Below, piece after piece: positions 37,788 to 48,688 of a stretch of 64,000 nt of DNA; the first letter of the stretch is position 1; each line of letters starts with the position of its first letter. Location: the IMG/VR virus record IMGVR_UViG_2923098224_000002, positions 31,541-95,540 of that record; one strand, given 5' to 3'. A model generated the notes under the pieces. The model saw only the letters and a program-made list of their open reading frames with translations. It did not search any database and was not told where the DNA came from. Made by a program: the position numbers and the translations under genes. The stretch comes from a virus (taxonomy: Duplodnaviria; Caudoviricetes).

Positions 37788-38705
37788 ATGACAAACGAAT
37801 TATCAACAGAGTTCAAATATGATTTAGTCGATCAATCAACAGCTGAATTTCTGAAACAGAAAGAATTCAACATGCGTGAGATTGTAGGCAAGGCTTATAC
37901 CGAGCTAGGAAGAGAGCTGAAGGAAGCGCAAGAAATGCTCGCTATGAATGGGTACGGGTGTTTTGAGGAATGGTGTATGTCTATAGGAATTAATAGAAAG
38001 GCAGTTAATAGGTTAATACAACGATATGAATTGATTGTGACAAATTGTCACAATCAAGAATTAATAGAAGACCTACCTGTTTCTCTAACATATGAAATAG
38101 CTAAACCTTCATCAGAATCAACAGAGTCAAAGAAACAAGCTAAGGAAGCAGTCCTAAAAGGTGAAGTCAAGACATTAAAGGAATACAAAGAGCTTGAAGC
38201 TAAGTTGAGGAAAGCTGAAGAGGATAATAAGAATCTTAGTTATGAATTAAGCCAAGAAAAGAAGAACAGGACAGTTGTTGAAAAAGTCATTGATAACACT
38301 GACTACAAACAAATAGACACATTAAAAAAAGAATTAGAGTACAAAAATAAAAAATATGAAAACTTATCAAAACAAAAAATGATCTTAGAGCAACAACTTG
38401 AAAGCAGTGATGTGAAAGTAAAAGAATACGAGGAGCTAACAAACAAATTAAAGGCCGTAACAAGAGAACAGGATGATCTAGGGAGACAAGTTGAGGCCAC
38501 TTCAGAGCTTTCTGAAATGGTTTGGGAGATTGAAAAACTACTAAAAGGTAGTTTAGCGCCTGTAAAGTATGCAAAGGCCATTAGGAATATGAGTGACAAT
38601 CAAATTATAATGAACAATCTTGATTCTGTAATCGGGCATGTGGAATCCTGGTGCAAAGAAATGAGAAAAATTACGAATAAAAATAATATTATTGAGGTGG
38701 TTTAA
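37788..38705 (+). CDS. DUF3102-like protein
   Basis: ELGRELKEAQE...GCFEEWC motif; coiled-coil C-terminus. Confidence 0.7.
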   Translation: MTNELSTEFKYDLVDQSTAEFLKQKEFNMREIVGKAYTELGRELKEAQEMLAMNGYGCFEEWCMSIGINRKAVNRLIQRYELIVTNCHNQELIEDLPVSLTYEIAKPSSESTESKKQAKEAVLKGEVKTLKEYKELEAKLRKAEEDNKNLSYELSQEKKNRTVVEKVIDNTDYKQIDTLKKELEYKNKKYENLSKQKMILEQQLESSDVKVKEYEELTNKLKAVTREQDDLGRQVEATSELSEMVWEIEKLLKGSLAPVKYAKAIRNMSDNQIIMNNLDSVIGHVESWCKEMRKITNKNNIIEVV

Positions 38706-38889
38706 TGTGACGGAAGATATTTTTGATCTACAGGATGAGCTTAAAGAGGCTGAAATAAATTTAAAAGCTGTTGAAGAAAAACTAGTAGACCATGACATTC
38801 TAGTTCTGAGACGTGAGGAATTAAAGGAACAAATCACCGAAGTAAAACGGTTGATCTCTAATCATCCTGACAATAAAGGGGAGAGATGA
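38692..38889 (+). CDS. Small coiled-coil protein
   Basis: Operon context. Confidence 0.55.
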   Translation: MRWFNVTEDIFDLQDELKEAEINLKAVEEKLVDHDILVLRREELKEQITEVKRLISNHPDNKGER

Positions 38890-39431
38890 GCGCTCTGATG
38901 AATTCGCATAAGAAACACCTTGAAGAAAAACAATGTTCCCTCAAGGTTTTGCAAAAACAAATTGATGAGGTATATGAATTAGAGCCAAGAAATGCACTCG
39001 AACTCGAACGAAAAAAGGTTGTATTGAAACGAGAAATTGAAGACTTAAAACAATTGATTAAAGGTGAAAACAGAACTGTATTAGACATTGTTATCAGTGG
39101 AATGCTTGATGGACAATACTACGAACATATGAAAAAAGTTTCTGGCTATACTGTGGATTACATAATTGATGACTGTATAGTCATGGAATATGTAGAAGAA
39201 ACAATTACAAATGACTACTGGTAAAGAGTTAAGGCTATTAAGAATGAACTATGGAACAATATCCTAGAAGAGTCGCCATACTTGGAGAGTAGAGAAATTG
39301 ATGAGCATGTATTTTATATTCCAGTGAGAAAGGGATATGAGGGTGAAGGGATAAGAAAATTTATTAGTGTTTTTCAAAATCTAATTGGCAATGAGATTAC
39401 TCTAATATTCAAAAAGGAGAGTAATAGATGA
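38886..39431 (+). pseudogene. Hypothetical gene with in-frame TAA at 39222-39224
   Basis: Same frame stays open for 68 more codons to a TGA overlapping the next ATG. Confidence 0.6.
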
Positions 39432-39940
39432 CAGCAAGAAGAAGTGTGCGTATCGACTTAGCAGCATCAGCAAACGGATTTAAACGGATCAGAGAAGATA
39501 AGTCGCTTTATTATAACCAAAAACATAATGCAATACTTAGCACGAATGGTCACATAGCAGAGGTTATTAGTCCTCAACCATATGATTCAGTGGTTATTGG
39601 GCTGCCTTACATATTGCGTGATGGTGTTTGCAAGAAAGTTACATACAGAAAATCAACGGAAAATTTAAAAAATGACATAAGAATAATGCTTGAGAACCTG
39701 GATAAATTCTCATCTAACGGTTTTCATCAAATGACTGTTACAGAACGATTTGATACCGGTTTAATCAAGCTATCTTCTTCATATTGTCCGGAAGCTTACG
39801 CTGATATATCGAAGTTTAACGGTAGGAATGTGGAGAGTGGGGAGCAACTGTGGTGCAAACTTGAAACAAATGAAAACAGAGCGCCGATTGTTACAGCTAT
39901 TGAAAACAGTAAGCCGTCAGAATACTTGAATTTAATTTAA
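39428..39940 (+). CDS. Hypothetical protein
   Basis: AAAGGAG RBS; 170 aa. Confidence 0.65.
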   Translation: MTARRSVRIDLAASANGFKRIREDKSLYYNQKHNAILSTNGHIAEVISPQPYDSVVIGLPYILRDGVCKKVTYRKSTENLKNDIRIMLENLDKFSSNGFHQMTVTERFDTGLIKLSSSYCPEAYADISKFNGRNVESGEQLWCKLETNENRAPIVTAIENSKPSEYLNLI

Positions 39941-39949
39941 AAGGAGAGA

Positions 39950-41005
39950 ATGCTTATAAAAATTGAGGTTTTAACATCAGGAAAAACGTTCAAGAATTAT
40001 AAAGTGCTTTGCAGAGAACTTGGGCTAGAAGTAAAACGTTCAGGGGATAGTCGAAAAGCGCAGTTTAAAGAACTAGAACGGTACTGTACATATAGCAAAG
40101 TTGGTCATTCCATAATTATAGAGGAAGTCTTTGAGCAGCCTCTTCAAAAAATGAAACGGCAGGGGAATAACACTGTTTATAGTGAACTGTTACAGCTCCT
40201 TATATTGGATATGCTTGCCCAAAGCAAGAATGGAAACATGTCTATAAGTAAAGGACGATTAATAAAATCAGTGAGCTTGGTTAATCAAAATTATAAGTAT
40301 TGCTTTGAAAAAAGAAAGTCTCTAGCTAGATATGCAAACACGGATACAGAAATTGTGAAAGATTTTTACGATAGTAGCAATAATAGCTTCAAGAAAGCGG
40401 TTGTACAAGCCCTAAACAAGTTAGTTGAGAAAAGGCTAATCATGTATGACGTTATTACTAAGGTTTGTGAAAAGGGGAAATTCAGACCACGTAAAGCGTC
40501 CTCGGCCGAGAAGAAAATGATTATGGCATGCGAGAAAAAAGTGCTTGATGAGCTTGGTTATAAAGAATTAAGTCATGTGCGTGTATCAAGGCACTGGAAT
40601 GAATTTAAACGGAGATCGGAGACTCTATTAAAAGAATGTAGCAATCTCAAATATTACTTTGCTGCTTATGACATCACCGCAAATGATAAATACATTGAAA
40701 ATGAGTGTGAGGAGCTCATTGGTTTTCTGTTGAAAGAAATTGAGCGGGTTGACTATAAGGAGAAACTGAATCATACAGCTTGTTCAAAGTTATTGAAAAA
40801 TGCGGAAGGTAGACACAAAAAGTCGTATTCAATATTTAGAGAAAACAATTATAGAATCAGTGAAAATTACATTCGTGACTTCAAAAAGCTAATTGACCTC
40901 CTTATAAATGAGGACGCTGAGAGTATAAGCGATGAAATTGAACAGATGGAAGCCCAAGATGATCTATCCTATGATATAGCGCAGTCTTTGCCAAGTGGTC
41001 TATAA
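39950..41005 (+). CDS. Hypothetical DNA-binding protein, possible replication protein
   Basis: FKNYKVLC..LG..VK.SGDSRKAQ.KEL N-terminus; followed by origin-like hairpins. Confidence 0.55.
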   Translation: MLIKIEVLTSGKTFKNYKVLCRELGLEVKRSGDSRKAQFKELERYCTYSKVGHSIIIEEVFEQPLQKMKRQGNNTVYSELLQLLILDMLAQSKNGNMSISKGRLIKSVSLVNQNYKYCFEKRKSLARYANTDTEIVKDFYDSSNNSFKKAVVQALNKLVEKRLIMYDVITKVCEKGKFRPRKASSAEKKMIMACEKKVLDELGYKELSHVRVSRHWNEFKRRSETLLKECSNLKYYFAAYDITANDKYIENECEELIGFLLKEIERVDYKEKLNHTACSKLLKNAEGRHKKSYSIFRENNYRISENYIRDFKKLIDLLINEDAESISDEIEQMEAQDDLSYDIAQSLPSGL

Positions 41006-41321
41006 AAAGTAACGGTTTAAACTTCCTATAGTATAAACAAGAAACACAATAGGAACATTAAACCGTCAAATTTTTGAGTTTAAGTATTACATAGAAAAAA
41101 GAGTGTGAAACACCAGTCTGAAGGGGGTTTGGGGGATGGTTGGCTGTAAGGTTAATAATTTGGAGCGTAGCGAGGGATTATTAACCTAAAGCATCCCCCA
41201 AGTGTTCTTTGATCATTTGAAATTAAGAAGAGCCTAGATGTACAAAGTAAACTTTGTCCATCTTCTCATCATGATTAACAAGTTAATCATTCTTCGGAAT
41301 AAACAATTGGAGGATTACTTA

Positions 41322-44225
41322 TTGAAAAATGAAAATTTAACTAAATCAGTGTTCGTGTACTCTTTAGATTCATCTGCTTTTTATAATGATAAAGAAGAAA
41401 AATTAAATCAAGATTTGCTTCAACTTCGCCTTTATAAAAAGTTTTTGCAGAAGTTGGCTAAAAAAGTGGCAAAAATGAATGATTCAAATGTATCCGATAT
41501 TCATTTAAATCTAACTGGTAAGCTCTTTGAGGAAGAAAGAAGCTTTAAGGAATTGGAACAATCGCTAATTACATATATCAAGAAAAAAGGTGAAAGTGAG
41601 TCCAGGCTTTCGAATGATATTGATGAGCTAATGGCCTGCAAATACAACAAAGCGAAAATCAACCGTCTTAAAAAAATTACTAACTGTTGGATTAACGAAA
41701 AGAAAGATGAATTAATTGAAGAGCAACAAAGTTTCAAAGGGACAAGAACCCTTAGAGGTGATTCGCTTAAAACAAAAGATGGAGAAGTTAGATCACAAAG
41801 GGTTATTTCTTTATTTGATTCAGTGCTAATTAGAACACTTGGATTGGACTACGATCAGATCACTGAGGAGATTATGATAGTTGAATCCTTTTACCATAAC
41901 GTTTTTAGAAGCTTGGTTCAGAATGGTTATTATTTTAATAATGAAAAATACGTTTACTATGCTTCATCAGCAGGACAAATTAGACAAAAGAAGGGTGTAT
42001 TCATCAAAGAAAAGACGTATCTGAAGAAGAAAAACACTCTGATGTGTGGGCTTAGTGAAGAGGTAATTAATTCTAAGGGCGGCATGAGCATTAACAAATG
42101 GATCGCTTACCTTGCCTTATCAAATAGCGCCAGTACATTATGGGAAGGGTTTAATATTGATGAGTGTATAGTTGTAAATGATTTTGAGACGGATGTGTCC
42201 ACTGAGGTTGATTACATAAACGATGAAACATACGAAATTAAAAGAGAGTACAAGTCTATTCCAATAAATCATACGGATGGCTGTGGAATGATTCTCCCTG
42301 AGCTTTCGGAGAGTGCATTCATGTTTAGAGCCCCTTTTATGAAAGGAATGTTAGTCCCATTTCCATTTGATGAGTATTCTAAATTATGCCGGAAGACCAA
42401 AATTAAAGATATATACGGCAAGGAATGGGATATTGTTAAAGACGGTATTAAAATTATCCTAACGAAGAGTCAGTTTAAGCTCTGGAAACATTATGATTCA
42501 TGGGATGATTACAAATCCAAATTTAAGAAGTATGAGTGTCAGGCAGCCAAGCTGAATGAAGAAGAGGATGAATTTAAAAACAGTGAACTTAATTATCAAA
42601 TGATCCAGACACTAACCGACACGACAGATGAAGAATTAGATAAGCTTTCAGAAAACACAGTGAAGAGGATCCAAACGCTTTACAAAGATAAAGAATCAAT
42701 GCTTGAGGTTATTGGAGCCGTTGAAAGCAATGCCCATAAAAATAACTTTCAGAAAGCTCATTTGATTTATCCTGAGTTGCTTAATGATAACCATTCAAAG
42801 GAGATTATTAAGAAGAATAAAAAGCGTTTGGTGAAGGAAGCAAAAGCAGGAAAAATTCTGCTAGAAGGCTCTCATTATACTTTTATTATTCCAGATTTGT
42901 ATGCTGCTTGCGGTTATTGGTTTTGCGGTGATTCTGATCCAAAGGTTTTGCTAAATGACGGAGAGGTTAGTTGTAAGCTTTTTAATAATCAGCAAAAATT
43001 AGATGTGTTGAGGCCTCCTCATCTATCTAGGGAGCATGGCATTAGGATCAACAAGTTAAATGATGATCTTAAAGACTGGTTCATTACGAAAGGCGTGTAT
43101 ACGTCCACTAAAGATGCCTTGTCAAGACTTCTGCAGTTTGATGTGGACGGAGATAAAGCACTTTTAGTTAGCGACAGCACTTTTGTTGAGATAGCAGAAA
43201 GAAATATGAAAAATGATGATATCGTTCCTCTTTATTATGAAATGAAGACAGCAGAAAACCAAGAAATCAATAACGAGAACATCTATAAAAGCTTGGAACT
43301 GGCTTTCGAGGTAAATATTGGTGAATATAGCAATAACATAACCAAGGTGTGGAATAGTGATAAGGTTGATTTAGACGTGATCAAATGGCTTACAATGGAA
43401 AATAACTTTGAGATTGATTATGCCAAGACCTTATACAAACCAACCCGTCCTGAACATGTTAGTCAAAGAATTAATGGTTTCCTGAAAGGGACTTATAACA
43501 GGAAAGTTCCTCACTTCTTTATTTACGCAAAAGACAAGAAAAGAAAGAACGTCAGATCAAGAAATGATTCTGTAGTTAATCGGTTGGGTGAAAAAATACC
43601 GAATAACAGGGTGAACTTTAAGAGGCTGGCGGGAGAATTTGATTACACAAAACTGAAGAATGAGAATGCTACTCTTGGGCTTGATCAAGAGGTATTGACA
43701 CGATTTAATGAACTCTACAAGTTGTATTCGAAGCAGCAACAGGAATTAGGTACAAAGGGAATTCTCCTGCAAATAAAAGATGAATTACTCAAAGATTATA
43801 GCAAAAAAAAGGTTGAAGATACAATGATTGTGACAGTCTATACAATGCTTGATCGTAATAAGCACTGGAAGGCCAAACAACAGAAAAAACAAAATGTTTC
43901 TCGTCAAGAAGCAGAATGGCATGTAACAAAAGAGATCAGAGAAACCTTGCTGAGTATTAGAGACAGCAGTTACATAACAGATATATTGGTGGAGTATCTA
44001 TTCAATACTAAATGCTCTAAGCATAAGGATACACTATACAATTGTTTTGGGTATAACATTGTAAGGAATTTGAAAAAGAACATTCGCAGAGCTATTAAAT
44101 GTGTTGATTGTGAGCGGGAAATCGAAAAGGGAACTAGGTGTGATAAGTGTCAAAAGGATAGGGAAAGAGAGTTAAATAAGCTGAGAAAACGAAAAGAACG
44201 TAAAAATAAAAAATGTCACGCTTAA
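41322..44225 (+). CDS. yonO: YonO-type single-subunit DNA-dependent RNA polymerase (RdRP-like fold)
   Basis: SAGQIRQKK, TDGCGMI, FRAPFMKG, R.PHL..EH, catalytic QFDVDGD, IDYAKT; C-terminal CVDC...CDKC; TTG start after GGAGG. Confidence 0.88.
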   Translation: MKNENLTKSVFVYSLDSSAFYNDKEEKLNQDLLQLRLYKKFLQKLAKKVAKMNDSNVSDIHLNLTGKLFEEERSFKELEQSLITYIKKKGESESRLSNDIDELMACKYNKAKINRLKKITNCWINEKKDELIEEQQSFKGTRTLRGDSLKTKDGEVRSQRVISLFDSVLIRTLGLDYDQITEEIMIVESFYHNVFRSLVQNGYYFNNEKYVYYASSAGQIRQKKGVFIKEKTYLKKKNTLMCGLSEEVINSKGGMSINKWIAYLALSNSASTLWEGFNIDECIVVNDFETDVSTEVDYINDETYEIKREYKSIPINHTDGCGMILPELSESAFMFRAPFMKGMLVPFPFDEYSKLCRKTKIKDIYGKEWDIVKDGIKIILTKSQFKLWKHYDSWDDYKSKFKKYECQAAKLNEEEDEFKNSELNYQMIQTLTDTTDEELDKLSENTVKRIQTLYKDKESMLEVIGAVESNAHKNNFQKAHLIYPELLNDNHSKEIIKKNKKRLVKEAKAGKILLEGSHYTFIIPDLYAACGYWFCGDSDPKVLLNDGEVSCKLFNNQQKLDVLRPPHLSREHGIRINKLNDDLKDWFITKGVYTSTKDALSRLLQFDVDGDKALLVSDSTFVEIAERNMKNDDIVPLYYEMKTAENQEINNENIYKSLELAFEVNIGEYSNNITKVWNSDKVDLDVIKWLTMENNFEIDYAKTLYKPTRPEHVSQRINGFLKGTYNRKVPHFFIYAKDKKRKNVRSRNDSVVNRLGEKIPNNRVNFKRLAGEFDYTKLKNENATLGLDQEVLTRFNELYKLYSKQQQELGTKGILLQIKDELLKDYSKKKVEDTMIVTVYTMLDRNKHWKAKQQKKQNVSRQEAEWHVTKEIRETLLSIRDSSYITDILVEYLFNTKCSKHKDTLYNCFGYNIVRNLKKNIRRAIKCVDCEREIEKGTRCDKCQKDRERELNKLRKRKERKNKKCHA

Positions 44226-44552
44226 ATTACAAGAAAATAAATGAAGATGGATAAGCCCTTGATATACAAGGGTTTTTCCAGTTGTATAGTGATATCTATA
44301 ATCTTCTTCTAGGGAAGAAAAAAGAAGTATTGATTTATGGATAATTATTTATACGGTTCCGTTATTATAATTTATCACAAAAATCCATACTATGCAATTT
44401 CGACCCAAACATTGTTTAATTCAACTTTGGACATCTATAGTCTTTTGGTTATTCCTCCTAAATAATCAAAGAATGCTGATCACTATGATCAGCCCCCCTT
44501 ATTTTAGATAATTATTTCAAATAAAAATTTATTGATGGAAGGAGGACTATAA

Positions 44553-44771
44553 GTGGAAATTGATAGACATAAGCTATGGCTAGATATTCGCAAAAGAAGG
44601 TTAACTCAAACGGAAATTGCGAAAGAATGCGGTTGTGCTCAGTCAAAAATCAGCTCCTTTTTGAATTATGATTCAGATATGTCACCTGAGCTTATTCAAA
44701 GAATGAAAGACTTTGTCTACTCTAAGCCTGAGTATGAAAACGGAAAGCGTAGAGTAATCAAAGTGATCTAA
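44553..44771 (+). CDS. Cro-like HTH protein
   Basis: LTQTEIAKECGCAQSKIS. Confidence 0.75.
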   Translation: MEIDRHKLWLDIRKRRLTQTEIAKECGCAQSKISSFLNYDSDMSPELIQRMKDFVYSKPEYENGKRRVIKVI

Positions 44772-44988
44772 TTCTTTGTCGTTACTACATTAAACAGCAT
44801 TGCGGAAACAATGTTGAAGAGATGTACAAGCCGACTCCAGCGACGTTAAATAAATGGTTTCGGGGTTTCATTAGTTTTACTCCTTTGATTTTATTTTTAT
44901 TCTTATTCCGAGCCATTTTGGTTCGGGGTTTCTCCTTTTGACATGACTATGTGCGGGGCATCCTCAGTGCCCCCGTAATCGTGTTTAA

Positions 44989-45195
44989 ATGAGAAAAAAC
45001 AATTGGAGGAATAATAAAATGAAAGAAAATAAGGTTACTGATACGAAAATCCTCAAGTCAGGATATTACTGTAAGAAATGCGATTTGTTTTTTGAGAATA
45101 CATGGGATATGGAATGCTACTGTCAAGGCGAAGGATGGTATAGAGCTAGTAAAGCGATTTTGATGTTAGAGAAGGTGCTCGGTAATGGAAAATAA
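44989..45195 (+). CDS. Small Cys-rich protein
   Basis: CKKC...CYC; probable start at ATG 45019. Confidence 0.5.
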   Translation: MRKNNWRNNKMKENKVTDTKILKSGYYCKKCDLFFENTWDMECYCQGEGWYRASKAILMLEKVLGNGK

Positions 45196-45358
45196 AAAAG
45201 AACAACCAAGATGGGGCGAGCCAAATGAGAAGTTTCAAGAGTTGGTTAAAAATATTGATCCAGAAGTATTAAGAAAAGCGAATGAAAAAATAAAAGAGAT
45301 GGCCAATGGTAAGCCTCTTTATAGATTTTAATTAAACATTTAGGAAGGAGGTGATGAT

Positions 45359-45835
45359 ATGAGCAAATTAGCAAATGACTTAATAGGCATTTTCAAGCTC
45401 GTTTCAAGAGACAGTGAGTTAATGAATCTTGCTTATTATAAAGAGTTGAGTAATCCAGCTAATATAGATGTGCAGCAAAGAGATGATTTTGATGACATCC
45501 TCAAAGGAATTATTGTTAGAGCTCCTAAATCTAACGATTTAAAAGAAGATGATCCTCAATGTCGGATCTGCATGTACTTTGGTAACGGCTATACTACACA
45601 CAATAAGCGTATTACTTCCCAGGATGTAATGATTGACGTATACACCCATATTGATCATTTTGAAGACAATGATCCTAGAAGTCTCAAGATCATAGACCGG
45701 CTAATTGATATTGTTTACGATAAAAATGTTGCTGGTGTGGGTAAGGTTGCTAATATCAATAGAATGTTGATAGCTAATCCCCCTGATGGATACCTCGGCT
45801 ATAAACTCATCTTTTCCTTTGGAGCTCCACAATAA
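45359..45835 (+). CDS. SPbeta YomW-like virion protein (possible tail terminator)
   Basis: Size, order and recalled similarity. Confidence 0.6.
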   Translation: MSKLANDLIGIFKLVSRDSELMNLAYYKELSNPANIDVQQRDDFDDILKGIIVRAPKSNDLKEDDPQCRICMYFGNGYTTHNKRITSQDVMIDVYTHIDHFEDNDPRSLKIIDRLIDIVYDKNVAGVGKVANINRMLIANPPDGYLGYKLIFSFGAPQ

Positions 45836-46548
45836 TGGAATATTCAAAGGACTTCTTTATTTTAGGTACTCCTATTTCAACAGATATAGGAGAGTGCCAC
45901 TTCATTAGACTTAAAGATTATCCTCAGTTCGTAAATGATCTCTCTCAAATGGTTAAATCAAAATCTGAAATAATAGCTGAATTTCAAGAAAACAATAAAT
46001 TTGGTCAATTGGATAGCTTGATCAATGATTTTAACGCTTCAACTTTGTTGGACATAGTTAATGTGATGGATCAGTTAAGAGCCTCTTACCAAAGAGTGTT
46101 TGCGAAGGTGTTTAATAACCCTGATGCATTCCAAGCTGTAGACGAGAAGAACTTTTACGATATCCGCAAGTTAATTCTTGATATGCATTGTTTAAAAGAA
46201 AAAAAGGTTAGCAAAAACTCTGAACTTGAAAAATTCAACAAGAAAAGTAGAGCGTTGAAACAGTCTGAGAACAATTATGATTTCTCCGATATTGTTAGTT
46301 GTGTTGTTCAATTTACTGGGTATTCATCCGCTGAAGTTCTTGAATTAACGCTTCCCCAACTTCACTCTCATTTTTTCAGAGGCGCTGCTTTTTTAAATAG
46401 CTCTGCTGCGATTGTACTCTCTACTGTAAGTCCGGAAGCTGCCAAAAACATTGGTTCTTGGAGTCAACATATAGATTTATTTGAAGAAGAGAAAAATTAC
46501 ATAACTAAGAAAGAAGCAAGAAACTTAGAGAAATTATTCTCAAATTAA
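45835..46548 (+). CDS. SPbeta YomV-like protein
   Basis: Size (237 aa) and synteny. Confidence 0.6.
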   Translation: MEYSKDFFILGTPISTDIGECHFIRLKDYPQFVNDLSQMVKSKSEIIAEFQENNKFGQLDSLINDFNASTLLDIVNVMDQLRASYQRVFAKVFNNPDAFQAVDEKNFYDIRKLILDMHCLKEKKVSKNSELEKFNKKSRALKQSENNYDFSDIVSCVVQFTGYSSAEVLELTLPQLHSHFFRGAAFLNSSAAIVLSTVSPEAAKNIGSWSQHIDLFEEEKNYITKKEARNLEKLFSN

Positions 46549-46571
46549 AAAACAAGGTGGAATTTTAATAA

Positions 46572-47357
46572 ATGAGTAAAAAGACAGTAATTCATGATGT
46601 ATGTAACGTTGTTATGAAAAGAAAATCTGACGGGAAAGTTATTGCAACTGCTGAAGCACAAACAACTAGCCTGTCTCAAAGTATCCAGGAAGACTATTTA
46701 AAAGGCGGATGGGGAAACCAAAACCTTTATCAAATTAAGTCCGACAAGAATATTACAGGAACAATCAAAAATGCTTTCTTCAGCTTGGATTGGTTGGCCA
46801 TGCAACAAGGAGTCAAGGTTGAAAATGGGACGGTGCAAGTATGGGAGGATGAGACGCTTACTGTTGAGACAGATGGAAAAGTAACTCTTAGCAAGACTCC
46901 AGTTGATGCAGTTTCTTTCGAGAATAGCGAAGGAGAGTCTTATCTTATGGAAACTGAATCCACAGAAGGTCAACTCCCTACAACTTTTGCAAAAGAGGGT
47001 GCGAAAGTTAAAGCACGATATAAAATTGATGCTGAAGGTGAAATTGTTGAAATTAAGGCTGATACATTCTCTGAAGCTTATGAGATGGAATATCACACTT
47101 TAGAGTACGATCCAGAAACTGAAACAATCCATAGTGATCTTTATATTCAGTTCGATAAAATCTCTCCTTCTGGTGAAGCAGAGCTAAACTTTGAAGCCGG
47201 CAACGCAATTACACCTGAAATCAAATTCACAGCGCTTGCAGTTGATAATTCTCTTGGGCGTTTCATTCGGGTTAAACGTAAAGCAGACGGATCAAAAGGT
47301 GAGAAACCTACTGAGTCTCCAAAGCAAAGCGTTGATCTTGGCGGCGCAAGTGCATAA
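46572..47357 (+). CDS. SPbeta YomU-like probable major tail tube protein
   Basis: LKGGWGN motif; size and synteny. Confidence 0.65.
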   Translation: MSKKTVIHDVCNVVMKRKSDGKVIATAEAQTTSLSQSIQEDYLKGGWGNQNLYQIKSDKNITGTIKNAFFSLDWLAMQQGVKVENGTVQVWEDETLTVETDGKVTLSKTPVDAVSFENSEGESYLMETESTEGQLPTTFAKEGAKVKARYKIDAEGEIVEIKADTFSEAYEMEYHTLEYDPETETIHSDLYIQFDKISPSGEAELNFEAGNAITPEIKFTALAVDNSLGRFIRVKRKADGSKGEKPTESPKQSVDLGGASA

Positions 47358-47365
47358 GGGAGGCG

Positions 47366-47953
47366 TTGAAGATTCCTTTCTTAAATAAAGATGGAACTAC
47401 GCTTACCTCTGCAAAAGATGATGGTACTGGCAACCCTATAACGCCTGTATCAATTGAAAATTCAACTATTCCATTAGAGGTTGATCTTAAAACTGATCAG
47501 CCTCTTGATGTTAATGTTGCAAACAAATCATCTATTCCAGTTCTTGTGAGAAACACAGTTCCTATTAAAACTCAGATCCAAAAGTCATACGAGGAATCTG
47601 TGTTAACAGATAATGATACTGTGGCAGTTGGTGCAACAAAATCGTACACATTAGATCTTGTTGAGAATTTAGGAGTGTTTAGAACTTATGGCGTTGCTCT
47701 GTATACAACACAGACTGACAGCGCAAATAGCAAAGTTACAGTTAGTGCTTATTCAGTACCGAAGAGCATTCCTTTTTATTCATCAACATCAGCAAGTGAC
47801 AGCACAACTTTAATCAGTAATGCTGCATTTGTTTCAAACTATCCAATTCAAAAACAGTTGCCCTTCATTTGTCCAAAATTGCTATTGACAGTTAAGGCAT
47901 CTGGAACAGTTGATATTACTGGTTTTAAAATGATTGTTTGGGGGATGGAATAA
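47366..47953 (+). CDS. SPbeta YouA-like virion-associated protein
   Basis: TSAKDDGTGNPIT motif, recalled from the SPbeta tail region. Confidence 0.5.
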   Translation: MKIPFLNKDGTTLTSAKDDGTGNPITPVSIENSTIPLEVDLKTDQPLDVNVANKSSIPVLVRNTVPIKTQIQKSYEESVLTDNDTVAVGATKSYTLDLVENLGVFRTYGVALYTTQTDSANSKVTVSAYSVPKSIPFYSSTSASDSTTLISNAAFVSNYPIQKQLPFICPKLLLTVKASGTVDITGFKMIVWGME

Positions 47954-48180
47954 TGACTTTTCATGATGTATGCGGAAAGTTTAAAAAGGTTGATGGTATT
48001 GAAGATGCATATTTACTGCTTTCAGAGGAGGACAATTATTACATAAGCCTGAGTGATTTTGAAAAGCTCTTTGAAGAGGATTTTGACGAAGAGCATCCAT
48101 ATGAATCACTTTCAGCAGCTTCTGATAATTCTCCAGCCTGGAAAGACATTTGGGACGATATTTGGACGGAAGACCTTTAA
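47953..48180 (+). CDS. YomT-like acidic protein (75 aa)
   Basis: W.DIWD.IWTED C-terminus; synteny. Confidence 0.5.
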   Translation: MTFHDVCGKFKKVDGIEDAYLLLSEEDNYYISLSDFEKLFEEDFDEEHPYESLSAASDNSPAWKDIWDDIWTEDL

Positions 48181-48214
48181 TAAGGTCTTCTTTATTTTTA
48201 AAAGGAGGAATTAA

Positions 48215-48688
48215 ATGAAATCGAAAAAATTAAGCGTATCAGGTGTAAAGACACTATCAAAAAGTGTTGATAAGAAACAAAAGGTTCAGATAAATGATGA
48301 GTATCATGTATACATCTATCCTCAGTTCGGTATGTTCAAGTTACAAAAGATGTTTGAGAATTTTGTGAAATCTCTATTAGAAGCTGAAGAGCAAGGTATT
48401 GACTTGAGTAAGATCAGCATGAATGATTGGTTAAGTTTTAATGTCGTGAAGGAGTTCAGTGACTTGGATATCCCTGATGATACTAAGAAACAGTTTGAGT
48501 TTTATTACGAGTTAATGAACACTGATCTCCTTTATCCAATCTTTAATAAGTTTCCTATAGAATCACTTGAAAAAATAAACATCATAGCTAATAGACTTCG
48601 ATCCAATTTTGAAAAATTAGGATCTGCTAAGTCTGAAGAGTTTGAACAGATGATTATTAATACAGTAGCTGAACTAGAAGAAAAATAA
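48215..48688 (+). CDS. YomO-like possible tail assembly chaperone
   Basis: Strong RBS; size and synteny. Confidence 0.5.
   Translation: MKSKKLSVSGVKTLSKSVDKKQKVQINDEYHVYIYPQFGMFKLQKMFENFVKSLLEAEEQGIDLSKISMNDWLSFNVVKEFSDLDIPDDTKKQFEFYYELMNTDLLYPIFNKFPIESLEKINIIANRLRSNFEKLGSAKSEEFEQMIINTVAELEEK

Noticed and set aside
41322-44225. True RNA-dependent RNA polymerase or reverse transcriptase system
   Set aside because: Motifs and SPbeta-like context fit YonO, a DNA-dependent enzyme; no RT motifs seen
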